Shown: positions 39,103 through 48,861 of the stretch, one piece after another
Layout of the letters: the number at the start of each line of letters is the position of its first letter
Position numbering within the stretch: position 1 is the first letter of the stretch
Origin: Pseudomonadota bacterium
Lineage (GTDB): Bacteria > Pseudomonadota > Gammaproteobacteria > JAKAQQ01
Direction of reading: 5' to 3'
Length of the DNA: 64,000 nt
Assembly (NCBI GenBank): GCA_027320085.1
Contig: DAHVLZ010000009.1
Location: 224,001 to 288,000, forward strand
The notes under the pieces: generated by a model
Databases searched by the model: none
The model's input: the letters and a program-made list of their open reading frames with translations, nothing else
Told to the model about the DNA's origin: nothing
Program-made: the position numbers and the translations under genes

Positions 39103-40037
39103 CCCAAAACCAGTCAACCACCTATCGGCGGATTCTGGTTCCACTCGATGGATCTTCGGCAGCGGAAACCGTGTTGCCCTGGGTGGAGTGCATGGCCGGG
39201 TGGGGAAACTCCGAGTTGATTCTTCTTCATGTTCTTGAACCGCACGCACCTGTGCTGCGTCATGGGCAACCCCATTTGACACGACAAAGCGAGGCCCAAC
39301 GCTACCTTGAGGACCACCAGAAGCGACTTTGCGCAGAATCGTTCCGGACACGGATCAGGATCGTCCAGGATGGATCAGGTATGGATTTGCCTGGCCACAT
39401 GGTGCAAGTCGCACGTGATACCGGGTCAGGCCTGATCGCACTGTGTACACATGGACGGACCGATCCGGGTCGCTGGCTTTTCGGGTCAATTGCCCAGCGA
39501 CTCATGACGGCTGCTGACTTGGATATTTTTGTTCTGTCACCTGAAGGTATTCGTCGACCGGTGCAACCGGCTTTCAGACGTTTGCTGGTTCCCTTGGATG
39601 GTGAAGCCAGCCATGAGCAGGCACTCGTAAGAGCTGCGGACCTTGCCACCCAAACAGGAGCTGAGTTGGCGTTGATCCACATCGCGGAGACTCGACAGAA
39701 CCTAGACGGCTTCGAAGCAGTTCGTGCTCGACTGTCCCCGCGCACGTTTGATGCCCTGCTTGACGAATCCCGTCAGGAAATTGCGTTGTACCTGGAAGAA
39801 CGATCTGCAGTGTGGCGTGGACGGGGGCTCCGTGTTACCACGGCACTGCTTGAAGGCAATCCACGGGATCGCCTCGCAGAACTCGCATCAAATGGCAGCT
39901 ATGATCTGGTCGTACTTTCGAGTCACGGCCATCTTGTGTCCGAGTCGGTTCCGACCCCAGGATTTGCGCCTGCGTTTTCGTTGAAATCACCCATTCCCGT
40001 CTTGATCGTCCCAGCTGCCATTTCAGGTGTTCATTAA
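39099..40037 (+). CDS. Tandem-domain universal stress protein
   Basis: RILVPLDGS...CTHGR...GSIA and RLLVPLDGE...SSHG; ATGA overlap with the mntH stop. Confidence 0.92.
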   Translation: MTQNQSTTYRRILVPLDGSSAAETVLPWVECMAGWGNSELILLHVLEPHAPVLRHGQPHLTRQSEAQRYLEDHQKRLCAESFRTRIRIVQDGSGMDLPGHMVQVARDTGSGLIALCTHGRTDPGRWLFGSIAQRLMTAADLDIFVLSPEGIRRPVQPAFRRLLVPLDGEASHEQALVRAADLATQTGAELALIHIAETRQNLDGFEAVRARLSPRTFDALLDESRQEIALYLEERSAVWRGRGLRVTTALLEGNPRDRLAELASNGSYDLVVLSSHGHLVSESVPTPGFAPAFSLKSPIPVLIVPAAISGVH

Positions 40038-40102
40038 CTTTGAATGCTCTCCCGTATGTTTGTCGTCTATAAATTATCTAAAAATCAATAATTTATAAAT
40101 AT

Positions 40103-40131
40103 TTGACATCAACGTAAAATGATGATATAGT
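40103..40131 (+). promoter_or_regulatory. Near-consensus sigma70 promoter with AT-rich upstream element
   Basis: TTGACA(40103-40108)-N17-TATAGT(40126-40131). Confidence 0.8.
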
Positions 40132-40142
40132 TAACTATAACA
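40123..40142. promoter_or_regulatory. Operator palindrome, likely bound by the YtrA-type GntR regulator
   Basis: TGaTATAGTTAACTATAaCA; perfect 14-bp core 40126-40139 overlapping the -10. Confidence 0.75.
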
Positions 40143-40164
40143 CCATAGTTGTTGGAGACTAAGC

Positions 40165-40506
40165 ATGTCCTCTTATGATCATCACATCGTATCCACCGAA
40201 CCCATCACACATGAAACTCCGGATTCTGCCGAACTTGTTTTTTTTGAACCTAGAGTTATACTTAAATACAACAGCAATTCAAACGGCGGAAAATCAGGAT
40301 TTTCATGGTGGAGATTATTCTCTTTCGTGACTCCCCTCGTGATCATCGGGCTGATCGGGTATTTCGGCTCATTCTCAACGGGCCATCCGGCAGATCCGGA
40401 AATCGCCCAGTTCACGGGTTGGGCACTGGCCATTTTGACTTACGCCACCCTACTTGTGACGAGTGGTTTGATGACGCTGGTCATGTGGGATTTTCACGAC
40501 GCCTGA
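40165..40506 (+). CDS. Hypothetical two-TM membrane protein, first gene of the GntR-ABC operon
   Basis: GGAG RBS, two hydrophobic helices. Confidence 0.7.
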   Translation: MSSYDHHIVSTEPITHETPDSAELVFFEPRVILKYNSNSNGGKSGFSWWRLFSFVTPLVIIGLIGYFGSFSTGHPADPEIAQFTGWALAILTYATLLVTSGLMTLVMWDFHDA

Positions 40507-40550
40507 TGCACCAGCCGATGGAACCCACCTGACCGGATGGAGAACGACCG

Positions 40551-40931
40551 ATGACCCGAGAGATCCAGTGGGACGACCGCGAACCCATCTACCGGCAACT
40601 TCGTGATCGAATTGCCGCACTGATCCTCGAACGGGGTGCGCCCGAAGGAACTCCTCTTCCTTCGGTCCGCTCCATTGCGGAGGATTTCCAGATCAACCCG
40701 CTCACTGTCCTCAAATCCTACCAGGCTCTGGTAGACGAAGGGGTTGTCGAAAAGCGACGCGGCCTCGGGATGTACCTCGCTCCGGGTGGTCAGGAACGAT
40801 TACTCGAAAACGAACGAAAACGCTTTCTGGACCATGATTGGCCGGATTTTGTAGCAACCATCCGTCGATTGGGTTTGGATCCCGAAGCGTTATGCCATTC
40901 CTTGACCAATCACCTTGAACGGGGAGATTGA
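40551..40931 (+). CDS. GntR-family (YtrA subfamily) regulator
   Basis: PIYRQL, LPSVR..A....INPLTV.K.Y..L..EG...KRRGLGM; short C-terminal domain. Confidence 0.94.
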   Translation: MTREIQWDDREPIYRQLRDRIAALILERGAPEGTPLPSVRSIAEDFQINPLTVLKSYQALVDEGVVEKRRGLGMYLAPGGQERLLENERKRFLDHDWPDFVATIRRLGLDPEALCHSLTNHLERGD

Positions 40932-40932
40932 A

Positions 40933-41790
40933 ATGCCGGTCCTTGTCGAAACACAGAGGCTTACCAAGCGCTACGGGAAAAACTGCGTTCTCGAGGAGAT
41001 CTCGATTAAGATCGACGAAGGCTCGATCGTAGGACTCCTGGGACCAAACGGGGCAGGTAAGTCGACCTTGCTCAAATGCCTGCTCGGTCTCATCCCCCAT
41101 GAAGGGCAGTGTCGAATCCTTGATCAGGATCCGAGACAGCATCGGGCACGCCTCATGCAAGAGGTGGCCTACGTGCCAGATCAGTCCTATCTTCCGTTGT
41201 GGCTGACCGTGGAACGGTTGCTCCAGCTGGTGGCTAACTTGCACCCCCGCTTTTCAGTAGCGCGGGCCCGACATTTCCTGGAAGGAACTGAGATTCGTGA
41301 TTCCCAAAAAATCTCCCAGCTCTCCAAGGGTACACGGGTCCAGTTGCATCTGGCGCTCACGCTAGCAATTGATAGTCATCTGCTTGTTCTGGACGAACCC
41401 ACGCTCGGTTTGGATATCACCCGACGTGCCGTCTTCTGGAAACAAATTTTGTCCGATTACTGTGACGGAAAGCGCACACTGATCATTGCCACCCATCTCA
41501 TGCAGGAGGTCGAACACCTGCTTTCCCATCTTGTCCTGATCGATCGTGGCCGGATTGTCCTGAATCAGCCGTTCGAGGGCGTTCTGGAGCGCTACTGCCA
41601 GGTCATTCCTCGCCCGGGCCAGGAAGCAGCATTGCGTGCTCTGAATCCAGTCAGTGAAGAACAAACTCTCGGACAACCTGTTTTTCTGTTCGACGGCCAT
41701 CCGAAGAGTGAGCTCGAACGATATGGAACCCTCCACCGTCCCAGCCTGGCTGAAATCTTTGAGACCGCGACCCGAAGGAGAGCTTCATGA
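40933..41790 (+). CDS. ABC-2-type exporter ATP-binding subunit
   Basis: GPNGAGKST, LSKG, LLVLDEPTLGLD, ATH. Confidence 0.95.
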   Translation: MPVLVETQRLTKRYGKNCVLEEISIKIDEGSIVGLLGPNGAGKSTLLKCLLGLIPHEGQCRILDQDPRQHRARLMQEVAYVPDQSYLPLWLTVERLLQLVANLHPRFSVARARHFLEGTEIRDSQKISQLSKGTRVQLHLALTLAIDSHLLVLDEPTLGLDITRRAVFWKQILSDYCDGKRTLIIATHLMQEVEHLLSHLVLIDRGRIVLNQPFEGVLERYCQVIPRPGQEAALRALNPVSEEQTLGQPVFLFDGHPKSELERYGTLHRPSLAEIFETATRRRAS

Positions 41791-42686
41791 ACACTTTCGC
41801 CTCCCGCATGATGACTCTGGTCCGGTCTGAACTATGGCAACGAGGAAATTTCCGCCGGCGATTGCTGATCATTTCCGGCATTTGGGTGTTTGTGGGCCTT
41901 CTTGGAACTGGTTTCATGTGCCTCTTCGCACCCGTTTTTTCCATCCGGGTCCGCCACGGCGTCACCGCACCTGACGGATCAGCCCTGCTTTTGATTGTTG
42001 GCGCGATTGTACTGGTGATCGCTTTGGTTCGGGTCCTCAGTTATTTTTTACACGCCCTTTTCGACGAGCGCCTGGACCGGAGCATCCTGTTTTGGCAATC
42101 ACTACCAGTTTCCGACACCGAACGGGTTGCAGCCAAGGCCGCAACGGGTCTCGTGGCCATCCCCTTACTCTCCTGGGCATCCGCCGTGGTGATCGCTCTG
42201 ATCACCCTTTTCTTCCTTAGCCTCTCGACCAGCCTGGTCGGCCATAACTTTTGGGGCAGTTTCTGGCAACCCGTATCACTGCTCTCAGTCATGGGATTCC
42301 TTGCGATATTTTTTCCGCTTTTCATGTTCTGGCTTTTCCCAGTGCTGGGCTGGTGCTTGTTTTGCTCGGCCTGGAGCAGCCCACGCCGTCGCAAGGGTGC
42401 TTTCCTGCTCGCGATTGGAATTCCACTCGTTCTATGGATTCTCGAACCCATCCTGATCGGGACGCACTACCTTGGAGACTGGTGGCAACTGCTGTTTACC
42501 CCTTTCGGTCGTATCTGGCACCTTGCATTTCTATCCATTGCCCACTGGAGAAACATGACGGGCTCGCTCTGGCCCACACTCGGCTGGATGCTCACCCGAC
42601 CTGAACTCTGGGTGGGTGGGCTTGTAGGGCTCGCCTTTTCCGCCTCCGCCGTCTACCTGCTCCATCGGCAGGAACCCCCCACCTGA
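41787..42686 (+). CDS. ABC-2-type permease
   Basis: About 6 TMs, LFDERLDRSILFWQSLPVSD. Confidence 0.88.
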   Translation: MNTFASRMMTLVRSELWQRGNFRRRLLIISGIWVFVGLLGTGFMCLFAPVFSIRVRHGVTAPDGSALLLIVGAIVLVIALVRVLSYFLHALFDERLDRSILFWQSLPVSDTERVAAKAATGLVAIPLLSWASAVVIALITLFFLSLSTSLVGHNFWGSFWQPVSLLSVMGFLAIFFPLFMFWLFPVLGWCLFCSAWSSPRRRKGAFLLAIGIPLVLWILEPILIGTHYLGDWWQLLFTPFGRIWHLAFLSIAHWRNMTGSLWPTLGWMLTRPELWVGGLVGLAFSASAVYLLHRQEPPT

Positions 42687-42719
42687 GCCATTACCCATCT
42701 TCATAGGGAGAAAATCCAG

Positions 42720-43535
42720 ATGAAAGCCACTTTTCGCCTCGTACTCCTTTTCACTGTGGGGACAGGCCTTGCTTTCGCCCACGATCCGTTTGTGGTGCTC
42801 CGGGCAAATCAGGGCCTGCCAGCCGGTATTCACGAGATCCGGCTCAAAAACCGTGTAGGAACGATATCGGTCCATGGCATCGCAGGGTCGTCTATCCATG
42901 TCAGGGCTTTCCTTAAACCTGGACACGGCAGGAAAATCGTTATCCTTGACCTTTTCACCTGGGGAGGGGGGAACGACTTTCACAAGCAAACCCTGGGTGG
43001 GTACATCCGCCTCTTACCGGAAGGGCGCGACCGTCTCCAGGTTGCGCTGATTCTGCCCCATGATCCACACCTCAAGGATCTCACTGTTGACTGGCGGCTT
43101 GGGATCCCACAGATGGAGGCGGTCTGGATCACCAACCATATTGGAAGACTAGTGGTTGCCCGCATGGGAGCAAAAGTACGGGCCGAGGGTAATATCGGAC
43201 TTATCTCAATTCGGGATTCGGCAGGCCCAATTATCGCACGCACCAATATCGGCAAGATCAAAATTTCCGGTGTAACCCACTCTCTTTTTGCAAAAACCAA
43301 CGTTGGTGCCGTGAAAGTCCAAGGGGCGATCACTTCCATCGGACCGGTCGACCTCACAAGTAACGTGGGGAGCGTGCATGTGCGTGGACTGCCCCACTTT
43401 CCCGCGCAATCAAGCGGATTGAATGGCCACCTCCTGTATCACGGTACGGGACGCCACCATATCCGGATCAAGGTCAACGTGGGTTCAATCCGGCTCGTCC
43501 TGATCTCTCCCCATCCCAAGCCAGCACACCGTTGA
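42720..43535 (+). CDS. Exported beta-solenoid protein (DUF4097-like)
   Basis: Signal peptide AFA|H; repeated N(H/I/V)G.(I/V) units (NHIG, NIG, TNIG, TNVG, SNVG, VNVG). Confidence 0.75.
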   Translation: MKATFRLVLLFTVGTGLAFAHDPFVVLRANQGLPAGIHEIRLKNRVGTISVHGIAGSSIHVRAFLKPGHGRKIVILDLFTWGGGNDFHKQTLGGYIRLLPEGRDRLQVALILPHDPHLKDLTVDWRLGIPQMEAVWITNHIGRLVVARMGAKVRAEGNIGLISIRDSAGPIIARTNIGKIKISGVTHSLFAKTNVGAVKVQGAITSIGPVDLTSNVGSVHVRGLPHFPAQSSGLNGHLLYHGTGRHHIRIKVNVGSIRLVLISPHPKPAHR

Positions 43536-43540
43536 GACGA

Positions 43541-45589
43541 TCAAGCACCGATGTTCCGTGAAGATGAAGAAGAGGCCCCGGACTGACGGGTTGGAGGCCA
43601 AAGGCCCTCAAGTAGCCGGGCCGCTGCCCGGTCTAAATCCTCCGGGGTACCGTACAGGACAAGCAGGTCACCCTCGCGCAACTCGGTACCCGGGGAGGGT
43701 TGTTTCCCCACGATACCGTCGCGGCGGAGTGCAGTCACCACAACCCCAAGTTCGGTCAACGCCACGGTTTCCACGGTTTGTCCGACGGCAGCGGCTTCCG
43801 AGGTCAGGACAAGGTTGCGCAACTCTTCCCGGAAAGCATGAACTGGCGAGCGGACAGGTGCCTCACCACTCCTGAAAACCGAGCGCAGAAGGGCGTAACG
43901 ATCAGAACGGACCCTCTGGATCTGATGGAGAATCCGGCTCGCGGGCACCCCGAGGAGATGCAAGAGGTTGGCTGACAGCATGAGACTGGCCTCAAGCGTT
44001 TCGGGGATCACTTCTGTCGCCCCCATCTGCTGCAACTCCGCAAGGTGCGCATCATCACGGGTTCGAACCAAGATGGGTAGATCAACTCTCACGGGACGAA
44101 CCCGGGTCAAAATTTTTGAGCTGATCTCAAGATCCTGATAGGCCACGACCAGAGCACGCGCAGAGGCAAGCCCGACGGAAGTGAGCAGCGCCAGGTCTGT
44201 CGCATCCCCGTAGTAGACCGGATCGCCAGCAATGCGGGCTGCCCTCACCCTGCCCAAGTCGAGATCTAAAGCCACGTAGGCAATTCCGTTTTGTTCCAAG
44301 AACCGCGCAAGGTTCTGCCCGACCCGGCCATAGCCACAGATGATGACATGGTCACGGAAGCCGGCTGGGACATTCGCTCCAGACTCACTGGCAGATGGGA
44401 GCATAGTAGGCAAGAGATCGTGGCCTGTTGAACGCGGAACCACCCGGCGGTTGAAGCGAATCATGAGTGAACCGATGAGAAAGCTCACAATAAGGATGCC
44501 GAGGATAATTTGTCCGTCGGCCGGATGTGGCCAGTCTCCGGGCGACACAAAAGCGATCAATGCAAGCCCAAACTCTCCCATGGGCGACAAAACGAGCCCG
44601 GTTCTCAAAGCGGTCTCGCGGTCCCGTCCAAACACTCTGCATAGTCCGGTGGCCACTGCAAACTTGAAAAAGAGAATCACCGCGATTCCGATAAGAATCC
44701 AGATTCCATAAACGAGCAGCATGTGCGGGTTAAACAGCATGCCAACCGAAACAAAAAACAGGCCTAGCAGAACATCACGAAATGGCCTGATATCAGCCTC
44801 GACCTGATGACGGAATTCGGTTTCACCCAAGACCATCCCGGCGAGGAAAGCACCCGGAACAGCTGACAGGCCAATGGACTTGGTAATCATAGCTGACGCC
44901 AGCGCGACCAAGAGTACGGACAAGGTAAAAAGCTCACTGGCCTTGCGTTTAGTCACTTCACGAAACAGCCATTCGACCAACGGCCGGCCACCAACCAACA
45001 AAAGGCCCGCCACCAGGATGCCTCGAGCCAGTGTGATACCGAAGGTTTCCCAAGAACTCCCCATCCCATGATGGCTGAGCCAAGTAGGAGCCAAAATGAA
45101 AAGCGGGAGAGCCAAAAGGTCCTGAAAAATGGCCAAGGTCATCGTCAACCGCCCATGAGGTTGCCCAAGTTCCTGTTGGTCACCGAGCTGACGGGCAACG
45201 AGTGCTGTTGATGATGTGGCCAAGACAAAACCCAGGAATACTGAGAGTGGCCATGGCCAGCCAACGGCCAGGACAACCAAACTCCCGAGGCATGCCTCGA
45301 CGGCGATAATGGACAATGCCAGTGCCAGATTCTGTCGACGTGTCTCGTGGAACCGCGATGGAGAGAAATCGAGCCCCAGTGTGAAAAGAAGGAGGATAAT
45401 GCCCCATTTGGAAAGAACTTGAACATCCGCACTGTCAGCAAGCCAGGCCAAGCCGTGGGGGCCCAGGATGGTCCCCGCGAGCATATAAGCAGGTATAAGG
45501 GGCAGCGTCAGACGTCTGAGAACCGACGAGAGAATGACCGCCAAGGTAAGGAGTACCACCAAGCTCAACAGCATGGGATCAAAGGTCAT
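43541..45589 (-). CDS. CPA2/Kef-family cation:proton antiporter with TrkA-N and TrkA-C domains
   Basis: LFTLGLDFS, SSTA, FQD, GAFLAG, FFVSVG, ICGYGRVGQ, YGDAT, C-terminal RCK-C (LREGDLLVL.G). Confidence 0.92.
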   Translation of the reverse strand: MTFDPMLLSLVVLLTLAVILSSVLRRLTLPLIPAYMLAGTILGPHGLAWLADSADVQVLSKWGIILLLFTLGLDFSPSRFHETRRQNLALALSIIAVEACLGSLVVLAVGWPWPLSVFLGFVLATSSTALVARQLGDQQELGQPHGRLTMTLAIFQDLLALPLFILAPTWLSHHGMGSSWETFGITLARGILVAGLLLVGGRPLVEWLFREVTKRKASELFTLSVLLVALASAMITKSIGLSAVPGAFLAGMVLGETEFRHQVEADIRPFRDVLLGLFFVSVGMLFNPHMLLVYGIWILIGIAVILFFKFAVATGLCRVFGRDRETALRTGLVLSPMGEFGLALIAFVSPGDWPHPADGQIILGILIVSFLIGSLMIRFNRRVVPRSTGHDLLPTMLPSASESGANVPAGFRDHVIICGYGRVGQNLARFLEQNGIAYVALDLDLGRVRAARIAGDPVYYGDATDLALLTSVGLASARALVVAYQDLEISSKILTRVRPVRVDLPILVRTRDDAHLAELQQMGATEVIPETLEASLMLSANLLHLLGVPASRILHQIQRVRSDRYALLRSVFRSGEAPVRSPVHAFREELRNLVLTSEAAAVGQTVETVALTELGVVVTALRRDGIVGKQPSPGTELREGDLLVLYGTPEDLDRAAARLLEGLWPPTRQSGASSSSSRNIGA

Positions 45590-45764
45590 GGCATACTCCG
45601 TACCCTGACTGACGCTTTAATGGGCCAATGGTCTAGCTATCCTACCCCACTGCGGGAGACCGAATGAGAGACCGCTACGGGCTATAATGCTTATGGAGCC
45701 CCTCACTCTAAATTTTTTTACGGGTTCCATCATTCCTTATTTCATAATGATTTAGACCCAAAAA

Positions 45765-47732
45765 TTGGACAGACTAGAGCCGAGTCCTGAATCGGGCTCC
45801 CAACTGAACGATGACTATCGAGGGGAACGGTCTCGCTACCTCTTCCCATTGATGGCCGTGGGTGCTTTGGGCGTCGTTTATGGCGACATCGGAACTAGTC
45901 CTCTTTACACCCTTCAAGCCTGCTTTTCAGCACCCAACTCGTTCAGTATTTCCCCAGCGAACATCATTGGCGTCCTATCCCTCGTTCTCTGGACACTTAC
46001 GGTCACGGTCACACTTAAATACGTGGCTTTTGTCCTCAGGGCAGATAATCGGGGGGAGGGAGGAATCCTCGCACTCCTTGCGCTTTTGAGTCCCGCACCT
46101 CCGGGCACCAGTCATGGAAAAAGAAGATCCCAGAAACTGCTGCTTGCCCTAGGTCTTTTCGGGGCTACCCTTCTCTACGGCGACGGCATGATTACACCGG
46201 CTATCTCGGTCCTGAGTGCAATCCAAGGACTCGACGTCATAACGCCCACTCTCGACCGCTATATTATCCCGGTGACCGTCATTGTTCTTGTTGCACTTTT
46301 TAGCATTCAGAGACGGGGTACGGGCAAGATCAGCCAATGGTTCGGGCCGGTGATGCTCCTCTGGTTCCTTTTGCTCGCGATCACAGGCCTCGGCGAAATT
46401 CTAAACCACCCCTTGATTCTTCTGTCGCTCAACCCGCTGGCTGGTGTCGGTTTTCTTAGCCGACATCGCCTTGCCGGATTTCTGGTTCTAGGTGCTGTCA
46501 TCCTTGCGGTCACCGGCGCAGAAGCCCTGTACGCAGATCTCGGCCATTTCGGCCGTCCTCCGATCCGCCTAGCCTGGCTAGCTGTGGTATTCCCCTCCCT
46601 CCTGTGTAACTATCTAGGGCAGGGGGCACTTCTCCTGCATGACCCTGGCGCCATCAGTGCACCACTTTATCATTTGGTTCCTCAGTGGGCTCTCATTCCC
46701 ACCGTCATCTTGGCAACTGCGGCCACAATCATCGCCTCACAAGCAATCATCTCGGGTAGTTTTTCCCTGATGGGACAGTCAATTCGTCTCAACCAAACGC
46801 CACGCATGCGAATTGTCCAGACGTCACGGGATGAGAAAGGTCGAATTTACATCCCCACGCTGAACTGGCTTCTCATGATCGGAACGATTGGCCTCGTCTT
46901 AGCTTTTCGGACAGCCAATAATCTGGCCGGGGCCTATGGAGTTGCAATCAGCACCCTTATGTGGATCACGACGATCTTTCTTATGCTTCTGGCGCACCGT
47001 CGATGGGCTTGGTCAATCCCCAAAACGATACTCATCCTGGGCGGATTTTTGGTCATAGACAGTGTCTTCTGGATGAGCACACTCACAAAGATTCCGGATG
47101 GTGGCTGGTTCCCACTGCTCATTTCACTTCTCCTCTTCGGCATGATGGAAGTGTGGGCCACAGGGCGACAAGAACTGATCCGTCGCCTGCAGGCACACAC
47201 TGAACCTTTGCTTGCATTTCTCGCCCATCTCGTTGAGGAGCCACCGATCCGTGTCCCGGGAACCGCAGTGTACTTTACAGCACCTAATCTTGGGGTCCCC
47301 CCAACCTTGTCGCACCAACTGATCCATCTTAAAACGCTACACGAACACGTTATCCTGCTCACAATCGTTACTCATGAAGTGCCCTTTGTTCATGCAGGAA
47401 ATCGGCTCGACATAGAGTCACTGGGCGAAGGCTTCTACCGGGTACTTGTACACTTCGGATTCATGCAGCCACAGAACATTCCTGTCGCGCTATCACTTGG
47501 GGCCGAACAATTCGGACTGCCGTTTCAACCCGAAACGGCCAGTTACTTTATCGGCCGTGAAAGTCTTGTCATACCGGATCAGATCTCATTGGCCGGTCGC
47601 TTTTTCAACCGGATTTTCGCCTTCTTATCCCGAAACGCGTCACGAGCCACTGATTTTTACGAGATCCCCGCCGATCGGGTCGTCGAACTGGGTCTTCGGA
47701 TCTCCTTGAACGGTGGTCACGGCCAGCCGTAA
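45765..47732 (+). CDS. kup: Potassium uptake protein Kup
   Basis: GVVYGDIGTSPLY, ADNRGEGG, YGDGMITPAISVLSA, EALYADLGHFG, AYGVA. Confidence 0.96.
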   Translation: MDRLEPSPESGSQLNDDYRGERSRYLFPLMAVGALGVVYGDIGTSPLYTLQACFSAPNSFSISPANIIGVLSLVLWTLTVTVTLKYVAFVLRADNRGEGGILALLALLSPAPPGTSHGKRRSQKLLLALGLFGATLLYGDGMITPAISVLSAIQGLDVITPTLDRYIIPVTVIVLVALFSIQRRGTGKISQWFGPVMLLWFLLLAITGLGEILNHPLILLSLNPLAGVGFLSRHRLAGFLVLGAVILAVTGAEALYADLGHFGRPPIRLAWLAVVFPSLLCNYLGQGALLLHDPGAISAPLYHLVPQWALIPTVILATAATIIASQAIISGSFSLMGQSIRLNQTPRMRIVQTSRDEKGRIYIPTLNWLLMIGTIGLVLAFRTANNLAGAYGVAISTLMWITTIFLMLLAHRRWAWSIPKTILILGGFLVIDSVFWMSTLTKIPDGGWFPLLISLLLFGMMEVWATGRQELIRRLQAHTEPLLAFLAHLVEEPPIRVPGTAVYFTAPNLGVPPTLSHQLIHLKTLHEHVILLTIVTHEVPFVHAGNRLDIESLGEGFYRVLVHFGFMQPQNIPVALSLGAEQFGLPFQPETASYFIGRESLVIPDQISLAGRFFNRIFAFLSRNASRATDFYEIPADRVVELGLRISLNGGHGQP

Positions 47733-47760
47733 CGGAGAAGAAGCATCGAGGATTTTGCGC

Positions 47761-48747
47761 ATGCTTTACCGCCGTCTGGGTCGTTCCGGCCTCAAGTTAA
47801 GTGCTCTATCGTTTGGCTCCTGGGTAACCTTTGGTCCGCAAGTTGATCAGGCCGGGACCATTGACCTCATGGCCTGCGCTCTCGACCATGGAATCAACTT
47901 CTTCGACAATGCCGAAGCCTACGCGCATGGAGCATCTGAACGCCTCATGGGACAAGCCTTCCGCACCCTGGGTTGGAGCCGTGACCAATTCTGCGTATCC
48001 AGCAAAGCTTTCTTCGGCTCTGTCCAGAATCCTGCGCCCACCCAATGTGGCCTGAGCCGCAAACATCTGGTCGAAGCCTGTCATCAGGCGCTGAAGAGAC
48101 TTGGCCTGGATTACCTTGACCTATTTTTTTGCCACCGGCCAGACCCAGAGACACCGATCGAAGAAATCGTGGTCACCATGGCAACCTTGATCCAGCAAGG
48201 GAAAATCCTCTACTGGGGAACTTCAGAGTGGCCTGCTACTTGGATTGAAAGCGCTATCCAAAAGGCCCATGAACTGAACTTGCCGGCCCCGCTCATGGAG
48301 CAGCCACAATACAATCTGTTCGTTCGGAAACGGGTTGAAGTCGAATACGAGTCCCTATGCCAGACCGAGGGGCTCGGACTCACCACGTGGTCACCCCTTG
48401 CATCTGGAATTCTCACCGGAAAATATATGGATGGCTCCCAGATCCCGCCCGGCAGTCGCTTCAGTCTCCCCGATTACGAGTGGTTACGGGAGCGATTCCA
48501 AGGAAAAGACGGACAACGACAACTCAAGGCTGCCTGCGGTCTCGTTGAGCTCAGTCACGAGAATGGCACGACTCCCGCTACCTTGGCCATCGCCTGGTGC
48601 CTGTCGAACCCATGTGTGACCACCGTCATCCTGGGCGCTTCTCGCAGGGAACAGCTACTCGATAACCTGAGAGCAATTGAGTACTTACCGAAAATCCAAG
48701 GTTCACTCAAAAACCGCTTGGAATCTCTCTACTCTGATCCCGCGTGA
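47761..48747 (+). CDS. Aldo/keto reductase resembling the voltage-gated K+ channel beta subunit
   Basis: LSFGSWVTFG, FDNAEAY, GLSRKHL.E, HRPDPETP, YWGTSEW, EQPQYNL, WSPLASG.LTGKY. Confidence 0.9.
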   Translation: MLYRRLGRSGLKLSALSFGSWVTFGPQVDQAGTIDLMACALDHGINFFDNAEAYAHGASERLMGQAFRTLGWSRDQFCVSSKAFFGSVQNPAPTQCGLSRKHLVEACHQALKRLGLDYLDLFFCHRPDPETPIEEIVVTMATLIQQGKILYWGTSEWPATWIESAIQKAHELNLPAPLMEQPQYNLFVRKRVEVEYESLCQTEGLGLTTWSPLASGILTGKYMDGSQIPPGSRFSLPDYEWLRERFQGKDGQRQLKAACGLVELSHENGTTPATLAIAWCLSNPCVTTVILGASRREQLLDNLRAIEYLPKIQGSLKNRLESLYSDPA

Positions 48748-48861
48748 TATCCTGTTCCGGAGGGTCTGGAGTCAGCCTCCACCCAGCAACCCGATCATCA
48801 TCTAGCTCTTGTGTCAGAAGGGTCCGATGACGAGGGCCAATAGCTAGGGGGCTTTCTGTCT

